Positions 60,321 through 64,000 of a DNA stretch of 64,000 nucleotides are shown here, in pieces. The stretch covers positions 960,001 to 1,024,000 of the forward strand of contig CAVPSJ010000004.1 in the NCBI GenBank assembly GCA_963708295.1, written 5' to 3'. Origin of the DNA: an uncultured delta proteobacterium (GTDB taxonomy: Bacteria; Desulfobacterota; BSN033; UBA1163). The position numbers and the translations under genes are program-made. Position 1 is the first letter of the stretch. Each line of letters starts with the position of its first letter. The notes under the pieces are model-generated. The model worked only from the letters and a program-made list of their open reading frames with translations, was not told the origin of the DNA and did no database searches.

Positions 60321-60853
60321 GGTGAGGGTACCTCCGGACAGCTGGGTGGAAGGCAGTTCGAGTGCATGCAATCAACCACAAATTTATCTCTTAGAACATT
60401 CCGCCCGATAATTAACGGGTAGCTGACAGTTGCGCGGTTGTTCAGAGTGACCTGGGTGCGTATTAACTTCGGACCCATGCAGAAGGTGATCTCTACGACT
60501 GGCCTCCGTTCCCTGAAATCAGCGCTTCGAATTTTCTGCCACTCAATCACCGGTAAGCGCAACTGGAAGCCACCATATTTTTTCGGCAACCTGAACTCAG
60601 CCATGTTATTCTTCACGTTGAGTTCCCTTGCGTCGAGGGAAGAGGTGGCTGCGCCCGTATCAATCCGAGCCGGCAATCTCACGCCCCATGGCATGAGAAC
60701 TACTTCCTCCACCTCTCCAACGGTCATCTTCTCTTCGGCGCTCGCCTCTCCCGCCCGGAGAAGAGGGATAATCAGCAAGAGAAGAAACATCAGGCCTACG
60801 GACAGGCTGACCGAACGTTTTTGAAATGGGTTCTGTCTGCTCACCATCTTCAT
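60317..60853 (-). CDS. RimB-like secreted retropepsin-type protease
   Basis: ARIDTGA..SSLDA, RRPVV, LIIGRN. Confidence 0.85.
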   Translation of the reverse strand: MKMVSRQNPFQKRSVSLSVGLMFLLLLIIPLLRAGEASAEEKMTVGEVEEVVLMPWGVRLPARIDTGAATSSLDARELNVKNNMAEFRLPKKYGGFQLRLPVIEWQKIRSADFRERRPVVEITFCMGPKLIRTQVTLNNRATVSYPLIIGRNVLRDKFVVDCMHSNCLPPSCPEVPSP

Positions 60854-60893
60854 CAGTGGATGGAACCGAGATGTTCCACCGGGGATTCCCCGT

Positions 60894-61388
60894 TCAAGGA
60901 TTGTCGGAGCAATTCGGTTTCGCGGTCCTCCGTCGTTTCACGTCCACAACAAAGTCTTCCTTGAGGAAATTGCGGCCCAAAATCAATGGGTATTTGACCA
61001 TGGAGCGGTCTGCAAGGTTCACCAGGGTGCGGATTCGCTTAGAGCCGAAGCAGATTTCTAACTCCACGATTGGCCTCCGCTCGAGCCCCTCAGGGGTTCG
61101 GACGTGTCGCCAGTCGACAATCGGCAGGCGTAAGTGCAGCCCGCCATACTTTCGAGGCAACTTGAATTCAACCCGATCCTCATGGATCTTAAGCTCCCGC
61201 GCATCGAGCGAGGATTTTGCCGCTCCGGTGTCAATGCGGGCCGGAAGCTGCACCTTCCAGGGCAGGAGAATGACATCCTCTATTGTTCCAATCGTAACTT
61301 TCCCTTCCGCGCTAACCATTTCAGGAATGAACAGAAAAAACGAAACTAAGACCGAGAGCGAGAACAGGCTCAATATTCTGTCCTTCAT
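60894..61388 (-). CDS. RimB-like secreted retropepsin-type protease (tandem paralog)
   Basis: ARIDTGA, RRPIV, LILGRNFL; closely similar to its neighbour. Confidence 0.85.
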   Translation of the reverse strand: MKDRILSLFSLSVLVSFFLFIPEMVSAEGKVTIGTIEDVILLPWKVQLPARIDTGAAKSSLDARELKIHEDRVEFKLPRKYGGLHLRLPIVDWRHVRTPEGLERRPIVELEICFGSKRIRTLVNLADRSMVKYPLILGRNFLKEDFVVDVKRRRTAKPNCSDNP

Positions 61389-61719
61389 AATGAAATCCCT
61401 TGGGTTTGTTTTTTTCTATCAGAAAGGATATCAAATGTCCATCCCGCAATGTGGACTGACGAAAGACTCTGTTCAAATTATACCAAATTCAATTCGAAGT
61501 GGGTAGTGAAGATTCGTCTGCGCCTTCGCCTTGAGCACGATGGAAACGACCTCGGATGCTGCATCAGGTCTTGCCATCCGTTTTACAGCCTGCTGCATTC
61601 TTAACAACCGCTTTTGATCGGCCAGGAGCGTATCGAACCCATGGCTGCAGCCTTGGATAAAACCATCACGGAATTCGGTTTCGGTGAAAAAGGTTCTTTC
61701 ATCTGAGCCTCCTCCGATA

Positions 61720-62472
61720 TCAGTCCTCACTTGATTGGGTAGAAAAGGACGATGGATTGTCTGTTTCTTCACCCAGACCCAGGGCCTTCACCTCCCGGCT
61801 CTCCATCAATGCCGATGCCGACCCCTCTTTGATCACCCGACCATTTCTCAGCAGATATCCCCGGCTGGAAATACTGAGGGAGAGAAGGACTTCCTGCTCC
61901 ACGATGAAGAGTGTAAGTCCGGTCCGGTTCATTTCCCCGAAGAGCGTGAAGATTTCATCCATCAGACGAGGGGCCAATCCTAAAGAAGGCTCATCCAGCA
62001 GGAGAAGCTTGGGGCGGCCCATCATGGCCCTTCCGATGGAGAGCATCTGTTGCTCGCCTCCGCTGAGGGTCCCCGCCCGTTGGTGAGTTCTCTCTTGCAG
62101 GACCGGCAGAAGCTGATAAATCCATTCCAAATCTTTTTCGATGTCCTTCTTTTTCCTTCGGTGTCGGTAGGCGCCCATCATCAGATTGTCGATGACGGAA
62201 AGGGTAGGGAAGATATGACGCCCTTGCGGGACGTGGCCGATCCCTTTGGAGACGATCCTATGGGGACGCAGATTGGTGATGTCCTCCCCTTCGAAGAGGA
62301 TTCTCCCCTCGGTGGTCTTCAGAATTCCGGAGAGGGTGAGCAAGAGGGTCGTCTTTCCCGCTCCATTGGGACCTAAGAGGGAGACGGCCTCTCCCTTTTT
62401 GACCTCCAAGGAAATTTCATATAATGCGGCGAGAGGTCCGTATTGGACGGTCAGTTTTTTTATCTTAAGCAT
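61720..62472 (-). CDS. livF: Branched-chain amino acid ABC ATPase
   Basis: GPNGAGKTT, LSGGEQQML, DEPSLGLAP. Confidence 0.88.
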   Translation of the reverse strand: MLKIKKLTVQYGPLAALYEISLEVKKGEAVSLLGPNGAGKTTLLLTLSGILKTTEGRILFEGEDITNLRPHRIVSKGIGHVPQGRHIFPTLSVIDNLMMGAYRHRRKKKDIEKDLEWIYQLLPVLQERTHQRAGTLSGGEQQMLSIGRAMMGRPKLLLLDEPSLGLAPRLMDEIFTLFGEMNRTGLTLFIVEQEVLLSLSISSRGYLLRNGRVIKEGSASALMESREVKALGLGEETDNPSSFSTQSSED

Positions 62473-62712
62473 CGGCCTTCCTACATGTTGGTCCCCTGCG
62501 AATGGGATTGTGCGCAAAATCGCACCAAAGTTATTCTCTTCACGCGGATTTAAATTCGAAGCACGAAATCCGAATTTCGAAACAATCTCAAAGGACCAAA
62601 TTTCAAATGTTCCAAAGAAGAAGGTTTAGAGATTTTGAATTTCGAAAATTCGCATTTGTTTCGGATTGGTCCGAGACGGACGCTTCGCCCGATATTCGGA
62701 TTTCGGATTTTG

Positions 62713-63501
62713 TCAACGACACCTACCACCCGTTTCATTCTTGCTACGTCGAGTTAAATATGCCTCGATCACTTGAGAGTCTTTTTTTACCGCCTCCGGT
62801 GTCCCTTCGGCGATCAGTTCCCCATTATGAAGGACCGCAATCTCGTCCGCGATCTCCATCACCATACCCATGTGATGCTCTACGATAAAGACCGTAACCC
62901 CCCCCTGTCTGACCTGTGAGATGTGTTGCGAGAGCTGCTCGATTTCTCCGAGGGTCAGCCCGGAGGCTGGTTCATCTAAAAGGAGAAGTTCCGGCTTCAT
63001 GGCAAGAGCCCGGCCTAACTCAAGGAGCTTTTGTTTACCGTACGGGAGTTGAGAGGCAAGGGATTCCCATTTGCCCAACAGGCCAAGGGAATCGAGAATT
63101 TCCCTGGCTTCCTTCAGGGCTTCTTTTTCCAACCTTCTTATCCGGGGGAGCCAGAGTCCGCAGGACAGGAGCCCTTCCTTAAGCCTCCGGCTCATTCCGG
63201 CCATGATATTTTCCACCACGGTCATGTTTCCCCAAATTTGTAATGTCTGAAACGTTCTCCCTATTCCAAGAATGGATCGCTCATGGGGCTCCATGGAGGT
63301 GATATTTTTTTCTTTGAAAAAGATTTTCCCTGAATCGGGCTTCTCGACGCCGCTGATCAGATGGAAGAGAGTGCTTTTCCCGGCTCCATTGGGTCCGATC
63401 AGTCCCTTGATACTCCCTTTTTCCAGTTTCAGCGAAACCCGGTCCAGAGCCCGTATTCCATCATACTCTTTGATGATCTCCTTAATTGAAAGCAGCGGCA
63501 T
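62713..63501 (-). CDS. livG: Branched-chain amino acid ABC ATPase
   Basis: GPNGAGKST, RTFQ, LPYG, DEPASG, VIEAYL. Confidence 0.88.
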   Translation of the reverse strand: MPLLSIKEIIKEYDGIRALDRVSLKLEKGSIKGLIGPNGAGKSTLFHLISGVEKPDSGKIFFKEKNITSMEPHERSILGIGRTFQTLQIWGNMTVVENIMAGMSRRLKEGLLSCGLWLPRIRRLEKEALKEAREILDSLGLLGKWESLASQLPYGKQKLLELGRALAMKPELLLLDEPASGLTLGEIEQLSQHISQVRQGGVTVFIVEHHMGMVMEIADEIAVLHNGELIAEGTPEAVKKDSQVIEAYLTRRSKNETGGRCR

Positions 63502-64000
63502 TAGAGTTTCCCTTTGTCTCTCTTTCTCTTCTTCGCCCAATAACCGATCAGGTAAATGACCCTGACATTCAAGCGGGTTGCAATCCCGTCCGGAAAAAAG
63601 ATGAGCAGCAGGATCAGGATAATGCTGTAGACGGGGAGACTGTATTCCTGGTATTTGCTCAAAGTGTCCATCAGCCAGGTGAGGAGAATGGCTCCGGCGA
63701 TGGGTCCGTAGAGATTTCCCATGCCTCCCAGCATCACCATCATGACGACCAGGATCGTGAATCCGAGGCTAAAGGCTTCGGGACTGGCTGTTGACATGAT
63801 GCAGGCAAAGAGGCTCCCGGCCCATCCGGCAAAGACTGCACCGAGGACAAAAGCCTCCAATTTCGTCTTGGAAACATCAATTCCCACGCTCGAGGCCGCA
63901 TCTTCACTCGCTGCCACAGCCAAAAGGGAACGGCCCACTTTAGACCGGACCAGGTTTTTTGAGAAGATGAATAGACCCGTGACGACTCCCCAGGCGAGAT
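63501..64000 (-). CDS. livM: Branched-chain amino acid ABC permease, 3' part
   Basis: GRSLLAV..AASSVGID, GGMGNLYG, FPDG; begins outside the window. Confidence 0.82.
   Translation of the reverse strand, partial: LAWGVVTGLFIFSKNLVRSKVGRSLLAVAASEDAASSVGIDVSKTKLEAFVLGAVFAGWAGSLFACIMSTASPEAFSLGFTILVVMMVMLGGMGNLYGPIAGAILLTWLMDTLSKYQEYSLPVYSIILILLLIFFPDGIATRLNVRVIYLIGYWAKKRKRDKGKL

Noticed and set aside
61473-61772. 99-aa ORF with a MurG/UgtP-like C-terminal helix (MARPDAASEVV)
   Set aside because: Only a short tail resembles a glycosyltransferase and the 5' part overlaps livF; at most a remnant.

Overview
A 64-kb window from a GC-rich anaerobic bacterium with a deltaproteobacterial (Desulfobacterota-like) backbone. 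(1) 1-8.4 kb: reductive-type dsr operon on the minus strand (dsrA-B-D-N-C-M2-K2-T-M...) preceded by a near-consensus sigma54 promoter. (2) 8.5-30.8 kb: a sulfur island directly upstream of dsrA. It holds a sigma54-driven operon (secreted protein ending in Tyr, two secreted helix-hairpin-helix proteins ending in Cys, a Tat-exported alkaline-phosphatase-superfamily hydrolase, a PsrABC-like Mo enzyme complex, a 949-aa duplicated CGHC protein, a YeiH transporter, a USP), a sensor kinase/NtrC pair, a divergent sigma54-driven aryl-sulfate sulfotransferase sharing the same enhancer motif, a split-Soret-type cytochrome and a second YeiH. This is the best candidate for an undescribed system: inferred periplasmic sulfuryl-relay respiration of sulfate esters feeding sulfite to DsrAB. 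(3) 30.9-47 kb: radical SAM/GNAT/TraB cassette, tRNA-Ala(CGC), two-component system, galT, dksA, peptide ABC transporter, rlpA. (4) 47.2-52.7 kb: a decayed integron with an intI C-terminal remnant missed by the ORF track, 7 attC sites, TA cassettes, and a Y1/RAYT transposase with perfect 19-bp terminal inverted repeats. (5) 52.7-64 kb: housekeeping genes (rnc, mtaB), RimK-like locus, liv ABC genes. Many single-base frameshifts, even in dsrA and dsrM, point to long-read consensus errors. All assignments come from reading motifs by eye; no database search was run.
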